This document shows, one piece after another, positions 39,566-49,605 of a stretch of 64,000 nucleotides of DNA (position 1 is its first letter; each line of letters begins with the position of its first letter). The position numbers and the translations under genes were made by a program. The DNA comes from a virus (lineage: Duplodnaviria; Caudoviricetes), in IMG/VR virus record IMGVR_UViG_3300030330_003356, positions 1 through 64,000 of that record; one strand, written 5' to 3'. Under the pieces are notes generated by a model. It saw only the letters and a list, made by a program, of their open reading frames with translations. It was not told the DNA's origin and searched no databases.

Positions 39566-39795
39566 TGGATTTAGATAAGCAGATAAAACTGGGGCATCTG
39601 CTTCTTAATGATAGAAAGTGTAGGGTGTGTGGAGAGACTAAAAATTTAATAGAAGGATTTTATAGAACAAGAAAAGATAGAGGTGCAGTTGCGTCATCAT
39701 ATTCATACGAATGTAAAGAATGCACTATCAAAAGAATTATAGATAATAGAAAGAAACAAACACCATTCTTGGATTGGGACTATCCAGATTGGTAG
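39565..39795 (+). CDS. small zinc-finger protein (EndoVII/HNH N-terminal-like)
   Basis: CRVC...ECKEC motif; the ATG overlaps the gp17 stop (TAATG). Confidence 0.7.
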   Translation: MDLDKQIKLGHLLLNDRKCRVCGETKNLIEGFYRTRKDRGAVASSYSYECKECTIKRIIDNRKKQTPFLDWDYPDW

Positions 39796-39832
39796 TTCGC
39801 GTCACGTTTCCCCGCTGAAAATAGTCAAAATT

Positions 39833-39839
39833 CTAAATA
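39833..39839 (+). promoter_or_regulatory. T4-like late promoter
   Basis: CTAAATA upstream of gp18. Confidence 0.65.
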
Positions 39840-39871
39840 TTCTTAGATAAACTGAGACAACGGAGAAAAAC

Positions 39872-42058
39872 ATGGCGACTCCTCAATTATCTCCTGGGAT
39901 ACTTGTAAGGGAGGTTGATCTTACCGTAGGAAGAGCTGATAATGTTCTTCAGAACAACGGTGCGATTGCTGGCCCATTTAGTCTGGGCCCTGTAGCTGAA
40001 GCAGTTGACATCACCACCGAAGAAGAACTTATTGAAGTATTCGGACAACCTATCTCTACAGATAGACATTACGAATACTGGATGACTGCATCCTCTTTCC
40101 TGTCATATGGCGGAAGACTTAAAGTCGTCAGAGTTGATGGCTCTAACCTTAACAATGCTAACGCTGGTGTAGGTATTGCATCAACTACTCTCAAGATTAA
40201 GAATTTTGATGACTATAATGCAAATTATAGTTCAGCAACAGACTTCTATTATGCAGGTAAAAACCCTGGAACTTATCTGAGTGATCTCAAAGTTGCAACG
40301 ATTGACGATTTTGGAGATCAAGTCATTGGTATTAACACCACTGATCTGGGTAACCTTGGCGCTACAATTGGTTTTGGTGTTACTTCAGTTCTGTCAGGTA
40401 CAGAAGCAGGAGTAGGAACCACTAAGACTATCGATGGACACCTTAAGGCAATCATCACTGGTGTTACCACCGACTCTACTAACGGAAATAGCAGCATCGT
40501 AGTTAAGATTACCTCTAGAGTATCTGGTGCTGGAACTGAAACTGCTCTTACTTATGTTCAATCTGATCCCAACAGATCTTTTGAACCTTCAGATACCCTG
40601 TTCTTCGTAAACAACTCTGGTATTAATACTGGATCAACAGGAACCGCAGGAACCGTTACCGACTGGTATGATGGACAAACATTAGGACTTACTAATGCTA
40701 CCGTCTTCTGGAAGGAAATCGCTCCCAAACCCGTTTCAAGTCAATATGTGGTTGATAGAAATGGTAAAGGTGATGGAATGCACGTTGTTGTCATCGATGA
40801 CAATGGAACAATCACTGGAGTAAAAGGTAATATTATTGAGAAGAATACCTTCATCTCAAAGGCATCTGATACTGTATCTGCACTTGCATCTCCTGAAAGA
40901 ACCTTCTATAAGGATTACCTTGCACAGGGTTCCAAATATCTTTATGCTGGTGGAAATGTTTCTGCTGCTGCAGATGGATTCCATGGAACAGAACCAGTTG
41001 CAACTGGATTCTCAACTTCCTTCACCCCATTCACAACTGCAGAAGGACTGTTTGGACAAGCGGCACAAGATGTAACCTTCAGTGCTATCGGTAATAAGAC
41101 TTATACTCTTACTAACGGTAAGGACTACAGTGGAACAGACAATAAAGGTATGGCTGCCTCTCTTGGCGATATTACCGCTGGTTATGAACTGTTCTCTAAC
41201 AAAGATGAGATTGAAGTTAACTTCCTCCTGATGGGCCCTGGTTGCACCACTGAGACAGAAACACAAGCGAAAGCACAAAAACTGATTGCTGTTGCTAATG
41301 GCAGAAAAGATTGTGTTGCATGTATCTCACCTGACAGATCAAATGTAGTTGATGTTGCTTCAACCACTGATCAAACAAATAATATCATTAGATTCTTCAG
41401 CGCACTGTCATCATCTTCATTCGCTGTCTTTGATAGTGGATATAAGTACACGTATGATAGATTTAACAATCAGTTCCGCTACATCCCAACTAATGGTGAT
41501 ATCGCAGGATTGATGGTTAGAACTGAGATTGATCAGTTCCCCTGGTACTCACCCGCTGGACAACAAAGAGGTGTCCTCAATAATGCGATCAAACTCGCAT
41601 ACAACCCCAACAAAGCACAGAGAGATTCGCTGTATGAAGCAAGAGTCAACTCTATCGTAACATTACCTGGAGTTGGAACTGTTCTTTACGGTGATAGAAC
41701 CGGACTGAACTTTGCATCTGCATTCGATAGAATAAATGTTCGTCGTCTCTTCCTTACAGTTGAAAAAGCACTGGAAGGACTTGCTAATGATCAACTGTTT
41801 GAGTTCAACGATGAGATCACCAGATCTTCCTTTACCAATGCAGTTGAACCTTTCCTTCGCGATGTTCAAGCGAAGAGAGGTTTGATTGACTTCCGAGTCA
41901 TCTGTGATAGTTCCAATAACACACCTGATGTTATTGATAATAACGAGTTCAGAGCAGACATCTTCCTGAAGCCCACCAAGTCAATTAATTATGTTACCTT
42001 GACGTTCGTTGCCACACGAACAGGTGTTGCTTTTGAAGAAGTGACTGGCAGAGTTTGA
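39872..42058 (+). CDS. gp18: tail sheath protein gp18
   Basis: LSPGILVREVD, WYSPAGQQRG, FDRINVRRLF, IFLKPTKSINYVTLTF. Confidence 0.97.
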   Translation: MATPQLSPGILVREVDLTVGRADNVLQNNGAIAGPFSLGPVAEAVDITTEEELIEVFGQPISTDRHYEYWMTASSFLSYGGRLKVVRVDGSNLNNANAGVGIASTTLKIKNFDDYNANYSSATDFYYAGKNPGTYLSDLKVATIDDFGDQVIGINTTDLGNLGATIGFGVTSVLSGTEAGVGTTKTIDGHLKAIITGVTTDSTNGNSSIVVKITSRVSGAGTETALTYVQSDPNRSFEPSDTLFFVNNSGINTGSTGTAGTVTDWYDGQTLGLTNATVFWKEIAPKPVSSQYVVDRNGKGDGMHVVVIDDNGTITGVKGNIIEKNTFISKASDTVSALASPERTFYKDYLAQGSKYLYAGGNVSAAADGFHGTEPVATGFSTSFTPFTTAEGLFGQAAQDVTFSAIGNKTYTLTNGKDYSGTDNKGMAASLGDITAGYELFSNKDEIEVNFLLMGPGCTTETETQAKAQKLIAVANGRKDCVACISPDRSNVVDVASTTDQTNNIIRFFSALSSSSFAVFDSGYKYTYDRFNNQFRYIPTNGDIAGLMVRTEIDQFPWYSPAGQQRGVLNNAIKLAYNPNKAQRDSLYEARVNSIVTLPGVGTVLYGDRTGLNFASAFDRINVRRLFLTVEKALEGLANDQLFEFNDEITRSSFTNAVEPFLRDVQAKRGLIDFRVICDSSNNTPDVIDNNEFRADIFLKPTKSINYVTLTFVATRTGVAFEEVTGRV

Positions 42059-42092
42059 TTTTAAGATACCATAATCACGGAGGACACAACTA

Positions 42093-42752
42093 ATGGCAAA
42101 CTTAAGAACGATCACTAACTTTAAATCCGCCCTCAGAGGGGGCGGTGCCCGTCCTAATTTATTTGAAGTTGACATCACCGGATGGCCTGGTGGCGAAAAC
42201 ATGGGTGACTTTGGTAATGATGCTAAGGAAGAATTTCAGTTCCTTTGCAAAGCAGCTGCTCTGCCTTCTTCAAACATCACCCCCATTGAGATTCCTTTCA
42301 GAGGAAGAACTCTGAAAGTTGCTGGTGATAGAACCTTTGATACTTGGACAATCACCATTATCAATGACGAAAACTTCAGACTTAGAACTAAGTTTGAACA
42401 GTGGATGAATGGCATCAACAAACTTACCGATGGTTCTGGTGCAACTCAACCAGGTTCCTATATGGGTAATGCTGTTGTTCATCAACTTGGTAGAGGTGCT
42501 AATCAAGGAAGAAATTCTACCACTAACTCTGGTGGTGGAGATGGAAGTGGAGGACGTTCAGACATTACTCCCCTGAGAACTTATTACTTCAGTGACATTT
42601 TCCCAACTGAAGTATCTGAAATTGGACTGTCTTATGATACCACTGATACTATTGAAGAATTCACCGTAACCTTCCAGGTTCAGTACTGGGTTGCTGGTTC
42701 TAACAGCACCAACGGTGGCCCCGCTGATCAACGCAATAGCGTAACCAGATAA
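42093..42752 (+). CDS. gp19: tail tube protein gp19
   Basis: GGARPNLF, IPFRGRTLKVAGDRTFDTWTITIIND, IEEFTVTFQVQYW. Confidence 0.96.
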   Translation: MANLRTITNFKSALRGGGARPNLFEVDITGWPGGENMGDFGNDAKEEFQFLCKAAALPSSNITPIEIPFRGRTLKVAGDRTFDTWTITIINDENFRLRTKFEQWMNGINKLTDGSGATQPGSYMGNAVVHQLGRGANQGRNSTTNSGGGDGSGGRSDITPLRTYYFSDIFPTEVSEIGLSYDTTDTIEEFTVTFQVQYWVAGSNSTNGGPADQRNSVTR

Positions 42753-42755
42753 ATA
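42749..42755 (+). promoter_or_regulatory. T4-like late promoter
   Basis: ATAAATA upstream of gp20. Confidence 0.6.
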
Positions 42756-42782
42756 GTCCAATAAAAGGACTAATATTAAATC

Positions 42783-44456
42783 ATGGCTAAGTTATTTGGT
42801 TTCTCTATTGAGGATACCGAAAAAACTCCACCCAGTGTGGTTTCCCCCGTTCCTCCTAATAATGAGGACGGGGTTGATCACTATCTGACAAGTGGCTTTT
42901 TTGGGCAATATGTTGACATTGAAGGAGTCTATAAAACAGAGTTTGATTTAATCAAACGCTATCGTGAAATGGCACTTCATCCAGAATGTGATAGTGCCAT
43001 CGAAGATGTTGTAAACGAAGCAATCGTTGCGGATACTAACGATTCTCCCGTTGAAATTGAACTTTCCAATCTTAATGCTAGTGATGGCATTAAGAAAAAG
43101 ATTAGAGAAGAGTTCAAGTATATTCTTGGTTTATTGGATTTTGACAAGAAAGCGCACGAAATCTATAGGAATTGGTACATTGACGGGCGTCTTTACTATC
43201 ATAAAGTAATTGATATGAAGAATCCTCATGAGGGGATTCAAGAATTGCGTTATATTGACGCAATGAAAATGCGTTATATTCGCCAACAAAAGAAATCAAA
43301 GAACGATCAAAATCGTTTAGCGAATATTAATAAGGGTACAGACAATCCCATGGAATATGAATTCCCTGAGATTGAAGAGTATTTCCTCTATAATCCAAAG
43401 AGTTCTTATCCTACTCAAAGTCCAGCAACTGCACAAGGTAATGCAGGAATTAAATTCTCAAAAGATTCAATTACCTATTGTTCATCAGGACTTGTAGATC
43501 GTAATAAGGGATCGACTCTTTCCTATCTCCATAAAGCAATTAAATCACTCAATCAACTTAGAATGATTGAGGATTCACTGGTAATCTATAGATTGTCTCG
43601 TGCTCCTGAGCGTAGAATTTTCTACATTGATGTTGGTAATCTGCCTAAGGTAAAAGCAGAACAATATCTTCGCGATGTCATGAACAGATATCGTAACAAG
43701 TTAGTATATAACGCACAAACAGGAGAGATTCGTGATGACAAAAAATTCATGTCAATGCTTGAAGATTTTTGGCTGCCCCGCAGAGAAGGCGGAAGGGGAA
43801 CAGAAATCTCAACTCTGCCAGGAGGCCAAAACCTGGGAGAAATCACTGATATTGAGTATTTTAAAAAGAAACTATACAAGTCCCTTAATGTTCCTATCTC
43901 CAGAATTGAAGGAGATGGTGGGTTTAACCTGGGGAGATCTTCTGAAATCCTGAGAGATGAAGTCAAATTCAGTAAGTTCGTTGGACGTTTGAGAAAGAGA
44001 TTCTCAGGAATGTTCAATGATATGCTGAAGACTCAACTTCTTCTCAAGAATGTCATTACTCCCGAAGATTGGGAAGTAATGAGTGAACATATTCAATATG
44101 ACTTCCTTTATGATAATCACTTTGCAGAACTGAAGGAAGCAGAACTGATGAATGAGAGACTTACTCTTGTTCAAACTGCTGAAGCATTTGTCGGCAAGTA
44201 TTATTCTCAAGATTATATCAGAAGAAAAGTTCTTCGTCAGACTGATGAAGAGATTTTGGAACAAGATAAACTAATTGAGAAAGAAATAAAGGCAGGTATC
44301 ATTTCAGATCCAGCAGAAATGCAGATTGATCCTGCAACTGGACAACCAATTCCGGGTGCAGTTGGAGGTGGTGATTTAGGTGCCCCAGTTATGGAACCTG
44401 AAGTTGACGGATCTGCAACTGAAGCTCCAGAATTACCCAAGGGTGGTGAGATATAA
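42783..44456 (+). CDS. gp20: portal vertex protein gp20
   Basis: NQLRMIEDSLVIYRLSRAPERRIFYIDVGNLP, EDFWLPRREGGRGTEI. Confidence 0.98.
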   Translation: MAKLFGFSIEDTEKTPPSVVSPVPPNNEDGVDHYLTSGFFGQYVDIEGVYKTEFDLIKRYREMALHPECDSAIEDVVNEAIVADTNDSPVEIELSNLNASDGIKKKIREEFKYILGLLDFDKKAHEIYRNWYIDGRLYYHKVIDMKNPHEGIQELRYIDAMKMRYIRQQKKSKNDQNRLANINKGTDNPMEYEFPEIEEYFLYNPKSSYPTQSPATAQGNAGIKFSKDSITYCSSGLVDRNKGSTLSYLHKAIKSLNQLRMIEDSLVIYRLSRAPERRIFYIDVGNLPKVKAEQYLRDVMNRYRNKLVYNAQTGEIRDDKKFMSMLEDFWLPRREGGRGTEISTLPGGQNLGEITDIEYFKKKLYKSLNVPISRIEGDGGFNLGRSSEILRDEVKFSKFVGRLRKRFSGMFNDMLKTQLLLKNVITPEDWEVMSEHIQYDFLYDNHFAELKEAELMNERLTLVQTAEAFVGKYYSQDYIRRKVLRQTDEEILEQDKLIEKEIKAGIISDPAEMQIDPATGQPIPGAVGGGDLGAPVMEPEVDGSATEAPELPKGGEI

Positions 44457-44459
44457 ATA
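44452..44459 (+). promoter_or_regulatory. T4 late promoter (full consensus)
   Basis: TATAAATA. Confidence 0.75.
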
Positions 44460-44484
44460 AATCATAGTAAATATTGACTAAAAC

Positions 44485-44724
44485 ATGGACGAACTTATGG
44501 ATATGATGGTATCCGATGAGTCCCCGTCGCAAATTAGCGATAGGATCAAGGAGATACTGTTTGGAAAAGCTGCTGAAAGGATCGATGCATTTCGTCCCAT
44601 GGTAGCAAATGGAGTATTTGGTGAGGATGATATTGAAGTTGAGGATGGAGAAGAGGAAACTCTTGAAGTCACTGACGAATTAGAAACTGAAACCGAAGAC
44701 GAAACCGAAGAGGAGTCTGAATAA
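44485..44724 (+). CDS. small acidic protein in the prohead-core gene position
   Basis: 79 aa with a Glu-rich tail, between gp20 and gp21 (T4 gp67 position); homology not established. Confidence 0.7.
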   Translation: MDELMDMMVSDESPSQISDRIKEILFGKAAERIDAFRPMVANGVFGEDDIEVEDGEEETLEVTDELETETEDETEEESE

Positions 44725-45284
44725 TGGCACATCGTACAGTTGGTGCTGGACAAAGTATAACTACAAGTGGTAGTTCTGCTAAAAGTGATGCAATTGCTGT
44801 AAAATCTAGCGTTTTAAGAATTACCGCCAGAGATGAGGATGCACATATTGCTATTGGCACAGAACCAACAGCAACAGTGACAGATTATATTATTCTTGCC
44901 GGAACTAGTGAAACTTTGGGTGTTACTAAAGCATCTCAGAGAGTTAGAACTATTGAAAGTTCAGGCACAAAAACAATTGTCACTTGTCCCGAAGGCACTC
45001 AACAACCATTTGCCGTAGGAGACTGTGTTACTCTCGAAGCAAGTAATGCAGATAGTAACTGGACAACAGTTATTAGTCATGTCGGTGTTGATAGCGTTGA
45101 TTCAAGTGCAGATTTTAGTGGTTCTTTTAGCACTAAGGTAACTCTAAGTGCTGATACAAGTGGCATTTCTACAGATTTTGTTAGTAGTGACGCTACCCTT
45201 CGTAAATCGATCAAAGTAGGTGCTGTTGCTACTGGCGCTGGATCTATTTTCGTTCAACAAGTACAAATAACCGGAGTTGCCTGA
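44724..45284 (+). CDS. hypothetical beta-rich protein in the head module
   Basis: 186-aa ORF translationally coupled to both neighbours. Confidence 0.75.
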   Translation: MAHRTVGAGQSITTSGSSAKSDAIAVKSSVLRITARDEDAHIAIGTEPTATVTDYIILAGTSETLGVTKASQRVRTIESSGTKTIVTCPEGTQQPFAVGDCVTLEASNADSNWTTVISHVGVDSVDSSADFSGSFSTKVTLSADTSGISTDFVSSDATLRKSIKVGAVATGAGSIFVQQVQITGVA

Positions 45285-45934
45285 TGAAACTTATCAGAGA
45301 GGAAATCGAATCCGTCGAATTCATTGTCGAATCGAAAGGCGGTAAAAAACAACTTTATATTGAAGGTGTATTCCTTCAAGGAAACATTAAAAACCGTAAT
45401 GGTAGAATGTATCCTATGGAGACACTTCGCCGTGAAGTTGGTAGATATAACGAAAACCATGTTCAGGCAGGTAGAGCACTTGGTGAACTTGGACACCCTG
45501 ACGGCCCTACCGTTAACTTAGATCGTGTATCTCACAAGATTGTTTCTCTGAGAGAGTCTGGTTCTAACTTTATTGGTAAAGCGAAGATCCTAAACACTCC
45601 CATGGGTAAGATTGCAGGATCTCTCATTGATGAGGGCGTCAAACTTGGTGTTTCTTCTAGGGGTATCGGTTCATTAAAGATGACACGCGAAGGTGTCAAT
45701 GTTGTTGGTGATGATTTTATGTTAGCAACTGCTGCTGATATTGTTGCCGATCCTTCTGCTCCTGATGCATTTGTTGAGGGTATTATGGAAGGAAAAGACT
45801 GGGTATGGGATGGTGGTATTCTTCGTGAAAAATTTGCGGAGAAAACATATAGAGAGATTAACACTCTCGCTACTCAAAAGCAACTTGACGAGAAGAAGTT
45901 GGATTTATTCAACGATTTTCTCAATAACCTTTGA
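45284..45934 (+). CDS. gp21: prohead core protease gp21
   Basis: RALGELGHP, GVSSRGIGS, DIVADPSAPDA. Confidence 0.97.
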   Translation: MKLIREEIESVEFIVESKGGKKQLYIEGVFLQGNIKNRNGRMYPMETLRREVGRYNENHVQAGRALGELGHPDGPTVNLDRVSHKIVSLRESGSNFIGKAKILNTPMGKIAGSLIDEGVKLGVSSRGIGSLKMTREGVNVVGDDFMLATAADIVADPSAPDAFVEGIMEGKDWVWDGGILREKFAEKTYREINTLATQKQLDEKKLDLFNDFLNNL

Positions 45935-45956
45935 TAACTGATAAAGTTTTCTAATT

Positions 45957-45964
45957 TATAAATA
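45957..45964 (+). promoter_or_regulatory. T4 late promoter (full consensus)
   Basis: TATAAATA upstream of gp22. Confidence 0.75.
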
Positions 45965-46002
45965 AATATAGTTTTTAAAAAAACGGATACGGAGCTGTTC
46001 AA

Positions 46003-47097
46003 ATGTCTCGTGGCAAAAATTTACAAGAAATGGAAGTAAAGACACAGCAGTCCAAAACTGCTGCTAATGCTAACGCCAAACCTGGCGATCCCATGCCCTC
46101 TCTGTCTGGAACAACTCCTGGACAGACTGGTTCTTACGAAGATCTCGGCGGGCCTACCCCTGAGAACTACAAAACCGATGATGATTCAGCAAAGCTGAAG
46201 ACTCCCGGTAGCACTCTTAAGCAAGTTAAGGATGTAGTTAACAAGAAGGCAAAACCTGGTGATCCTGCACCTGCAGGCATGAAGGAAGAAGAAGTCGAAA
46301 TCGAGGAACCCGTGATCGAAGAGGAAACCACAGACGAAGTAGTTGCTGAAGAAGAAACTACTGAAACCGTCGAGTACAACGTTGAAGAGGATGTTAACGC
46401 ACTCCTCGGCGGCGAAGAACTCTCCGAAGAATTCAAAGAGAAAGCAAAGACAATCTTTGAAGCCGCAATCAATGCTAAGGTTGCTTCTATTCAAGAAGAA
46501 ATCGAAGCACAATATGCTGCCAAGCTCGCTGAAGAAGTTGAGGCAGCGAAAGAATCACTCGCAGAGCGTGTTGATTCTTATCTTGAGTATGTCTCTGACG
46601 AGTGGTTTGAAGAAAACGCACTTGCCATTGAGGCAGGCCTCAAGACTGAAATGACTGAATCATTCCTTGAAGGAATGAAGGGCCTTTTTGAAGAACATTA
46701 TGTATCAATCCCTGAAGAAAAATATGATGTGCTTGAGAGCATGGTAGAAAAACTTGATGATATGGAGACAAAACTCAACGAGCAAATCGAGAAAAATATT
46801 GCTCTGAACGGCAGACTCGCTGAGTCTGTTGCAGACGGTATCCTTGATGACGTTTCTGAAGGACTTGCGTCCACTCAGAAGGAGAAGCTCGCCTCACTTT
46901 CCGAAAGTGTAGAGTTTGAAAGTGAAGAATCTTATCGTGAAAAGCTGGAGACGCTGAAGGAATCTTATTTCCCTAAGAACGCTGCTCCCGTCGCTAAAAC
47001 TGAAACCCTGTCTGAAGGCGAAACTCATAACCATCAGCAGTATTCTGATCAAATGAGTGCTTATCTCAGATCCCTGGGAACTTTTAGCAAATCCTGA
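46003..47097 (+). CDS. gp22: prohead scaffold protein gp22
   Basis: LSEEFKEKAKTIFEAAI, VDSYLEYVSDEW; Glu-rich coiled coil before gp23. Confidence 0.95.
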   Translation: MSRGKNLQEMEVKTQQSKTAANANAKPGDPMPSLSGTTPGQTGSYEDLGGPTPENYKTDDDSAKLKTPGSTLKQVKDVVNKKAKPGDPAPAGMKEEEVEIEEPVIEEETTDEVVAEEETTETVEYNVEEDVNALLGGEELSEEFKEKAKTIFEAAINAKVASIQEEIEAQYAAKLAEEVEAAKESLAERVDSYLEYVSDEWFEENALAIEAGLKTEMTESFLEGMKGLFEEHYVSIPEEKYDVLESMVEKLDDMETKLNEQIEKNIALNGRLAESVADGILDDVSEGLASTQKEKLASLSESVEFESEESYREKLETLKESYFPKNAAPVAKTETLSEGETHNHQQYSDQMSAYLRSLGTFSKS

Positions 47098-47124
47098 ATT
47101 CAATATTAAACAAACACTAAACTT

Positions 47125-47131
47125 TTAAATA
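47125..47131 (+). promoter_or_regulatory. T4-like late promoter
   Basis: TTAAATA upstream of gp23. Confidence 0.55.
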
Positions 47132-47142
47132 GGTAACCCGCA

Positions 47143-48528
47143 ATGTTCCAATCCGAACAGCTGCAGGAGAAGTGGGCACCCCTTCTTGAGTACGATGGAC
47201 TTGAGTCTATCAAAGATCCTCATAGAAAGGCTGTAACCGCTGTCCTGCTCGAAAACCAAGAAAAATTCCTGAAGGAGTCTTCCTCCTTTGAGACTGGTGG
47301 ATCCCTCCTGAGTGAGGCTGCTCCTACCAACTCAACCGGTTCTAGCGTAGACAACTTCGATCCCGTTCTGATCTCCCTGATCAGACGCTCCATGCCTAAC
47401 CTGATCGCTTACGATCTGGCTGGCGTTCAACCCATGAGCGGCCCCACTGGACTCATCTTCGCGATGCGTTCCCGCTATCAGAACCAGACTGGAACCGAAG
47501 CGTTCTACAACGAGCCTGATTCTGCATTCTCCGGACAGAACTTCGGACGCAACCTGGAAGGTGGCTTCTCCGATGGTACTGCTGGTATGGGTACTACCAG
47601 TCAGTCTGGTACTAATCCCTCCGTCCTGAACCCTGTTGGTTCTGCCAACTCCAACGCATATAACCTTGGACAAGGTATGCAGACTTCCGATGCTGAGGCA
47701 CTCGGAGATGCTGCTGCTAATGCCTTCAACCAGATGGCATTCAGCATTGAGAAGGTAACCGTTACTGCTAAGTCACGCGCCCTCAAAGCTGAGTACTCCC
47801 TGGAACTGGCACAGGATCTGAAAGCAATCCACGGTTTAAACGCCGAGGCTGAACTCGCCAACATCCTCTCTACTGAGATTCTGGCTGAGATCAACCGCGA
47901 AGTTATCCGTACTATCTACAAGGTTGCTGAGCAAGGTGCTGTTCAGAACACCGCTACCGCTGGTGAGTTCGATCTCGACATCGACTCCAACGGACGCTGG
48001 AGTGTTGAGAAGTTCAAGGGACTGCTGTTCCAGATCGAAAGAGACGCTAACGCGATTGCACAAAGAACTCGTAGAGGAAAGGGCAACACGATCCTTTGCT
48101 CTGCTGACGTTGCTTCTGCTCTCACTATGGCTGGTGTACTTGACTACACCCCCGCTCTGAACGCTAACCTGAACGTTGATGACACCGGTAACACCTTCGC
48201 TGGTGTTCTGCAAGGTAAGTATCGTGTATACATCGATCCTTATGCTGCTAACCTGACTTCAGGTAACGCAACCCCCGGTAACCAGTATTACGTTGTCGGT
48301 TATAAGGGTTCTTCCCCCTATGACGCTGGACTGTTCTACTGCCCCTACGTTCCCCTGCAAATGGTTCGCGCCGTTGGAGAGGACACCTTCCAACCCAAGA
48401 TTGGCTTCAAGACTCGCTACGGAATGGTAGCGAACCCCTTCGCTGAAGGAACCGAAGCACAACTGGGTGCCCTGAACGTTAATCAGAACCGTTACTACAG
48501 ACGTGTTGCTGTTAAGAACCTGATGTGA
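47143..48528 (+). CDS. gp23: major capsid protein gp23
   Basis: GVQPMSGPTGLIFAMR, KSRALKAEYSLELAQDLKAIHG, FYCPYVPL, FQPKIGFKTRYG. Confidence 0.99.
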   Translation: MFQSEQLQEKWAPLLEYDGLESIKDPHRKAVTAVLLENQEKFLKESSSFETGGSLLSEAAPTNSTGSSVDNFDPVLISLIRRSMPNLIAYDLAGVQPMSGPTGLIFAMRSRYQNQTGTEAFYNEPDSAFSGQNFGRNLEGGFSDGTAGMGTTSQSGTNPSVLNPVGSANSNAYNLGQGMQTSDAEALGDAAANAFNQMAFSIEKVTVTAKSRALKAEYSLELAQDLKAIHGLNAEAELANILSTEILAEINREVIRTIYKVAEQGAVQNTATAGEFDLDIDSNGRWSVEKFKGLLFQIERDANAIAQRTRRGKGNTILCSADVASALTMAGVLDYTPALNANLNVDDTGNTFAGVLQGKYRVYIDPYAANLTSGNATPGNQYYVVGYKGSSPYDAGLFYCPYVPLQMVRAVGEDTFQPKIGFKTRYGMVANPFAEGTEAQLGALNVNQNRYYRRVAVKNLM

Positions 48529-48560
48529 TATAATTTTCACATCCGTGTGAAGGAAGTGCT

Positions 48561-48587
48561 GGGGAACCGAAAGGTTCCCCTTTTTTT
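48561..48587 (+). terminator. intrinsic terminator after gp23
   Basis: GGGGAACC-GAAA-GGTTCCCC followed by a T-run. Confidence 0.92.
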
Positions 48588-48607
48588 ATCTAAATACTTA
48601 GAAAACG

Positions 48608-49171
48608 ATGTCTTACGGCAATCCTTTTGAGAGACAGATAAGTAATAGGAATTTCTTATCTCCCACTGGTTTTAAGTTTACATTGCAGAGAGCACCTAAA
48701 GTTGCTTTCTTTGGCAACTCAGCGAACTTGCCTGCTATCTCTATGGGAACTGCCATTCAACCAACATATCTAAAGGATATTGATCGTCCTGGTGATAAAG
48801 TTGATTTCGGTGATTTTAATTATAGATTTCTTGTAGATGAAAACTTAGAAAACTATCTTGAGATCTATAATTGGATTAGAGGATTAGGATATCCCGAAAG
48901 TTTAAGTGAAATATATGATTGGCAAGGTGGTGTTGAGAATTTTCTACAACCAGCCAATTCAGAACTAAATTTATTCTCTGATGCTACACTGCAGGTTTTA
49001 ACTAGCAAAGAGAATCCAAACTTCAAAGTAATGTTTCAAGACATGTTCCCGATAGAACTGTCTACACTGAATTTTGATGCGACAAGTGAAGACGTACAGT
49101 ACTTTACAGCAGATGTCACTTTCAAGTATACTATCTACAATATAACTGACTTGTCTGGCAACAAATTATGA
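48608..49171 (+). CDS. gp3: tail completion protein gp3
   Basis: NFLSPTGFKF, FLVDENLENYLEIYNW, FPIELSTLNFD; late promoter CTAAATA at 48590-48596. Confidence 0.92.
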   Translation: MSYGNPFERQISNRNFLSPTGFKFTLQRAPKVAFFGNSANLPAISMGTAIQPTYLKDIDRPGDKVDFGDFNYRFLVDENLENYLEIYNWIRGLGYPESLSEIYDWQGGVENFLQPANSELNLFSDATLQVLTSKENPNFKVMFQDMFPIELSTLNFDATSEDVQYFTADVTFKYTIYNITDLSGNKL

Positions 49172-49605
49172 GTCTTGATCTTGAATCGATTCAAGAGATG
49201 TGGAAAAAAGATTCTGACATTGACAGAGACAACTTACACGAAGAGTCTTTGAAAATTCCATCTCTACATGCAAAATACTTTGAACTATATAATACCATAT
49301 TTCTTCTGAGGAAGAAAGCAGAACAACAAAAAAAGAATATAAGGCACGAAAGATATGAGTATTATTCTGGTAAAGCAGATCCCGACGTTTATATTGAAAA
49401 TCCGTTTCCCAAAAAGATCCGAGATAAAGACACTATGCAAAAATATCTGGATGCAGATGAGAGACTCTCAGGAGTTTCGTTGAAGATTGATTATTACGAT
49501 ACTATGCTTGTTTATATTGAGAGTATACTGAAGCAAGTAAGTAATCGAACTTATCACATCAAAAACGCAATAGAGTTCATGAGATTTAACGCGGGGTTAG
49601 GGTAA
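49168..49605 (+). CDS. uvsY: recombination mediator UvsY
   Basis: IPSLHAKY, YYSGKADP, YLDADE, IKNAIEF. Confidence 0.92.
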   Translation: MSLDLESIQEMWKKDSDIDRDNLHEESLKIPSLHAKYFELYNTIFLLRKKAEQQKKNIRHERYEYYSGKADPDVYIENPFPKKIRDKDTMQKYLDADERLSGVSLKIDYYDTMLVYIESILKQVSNRTYHIKNAIEFMRFNAGLG

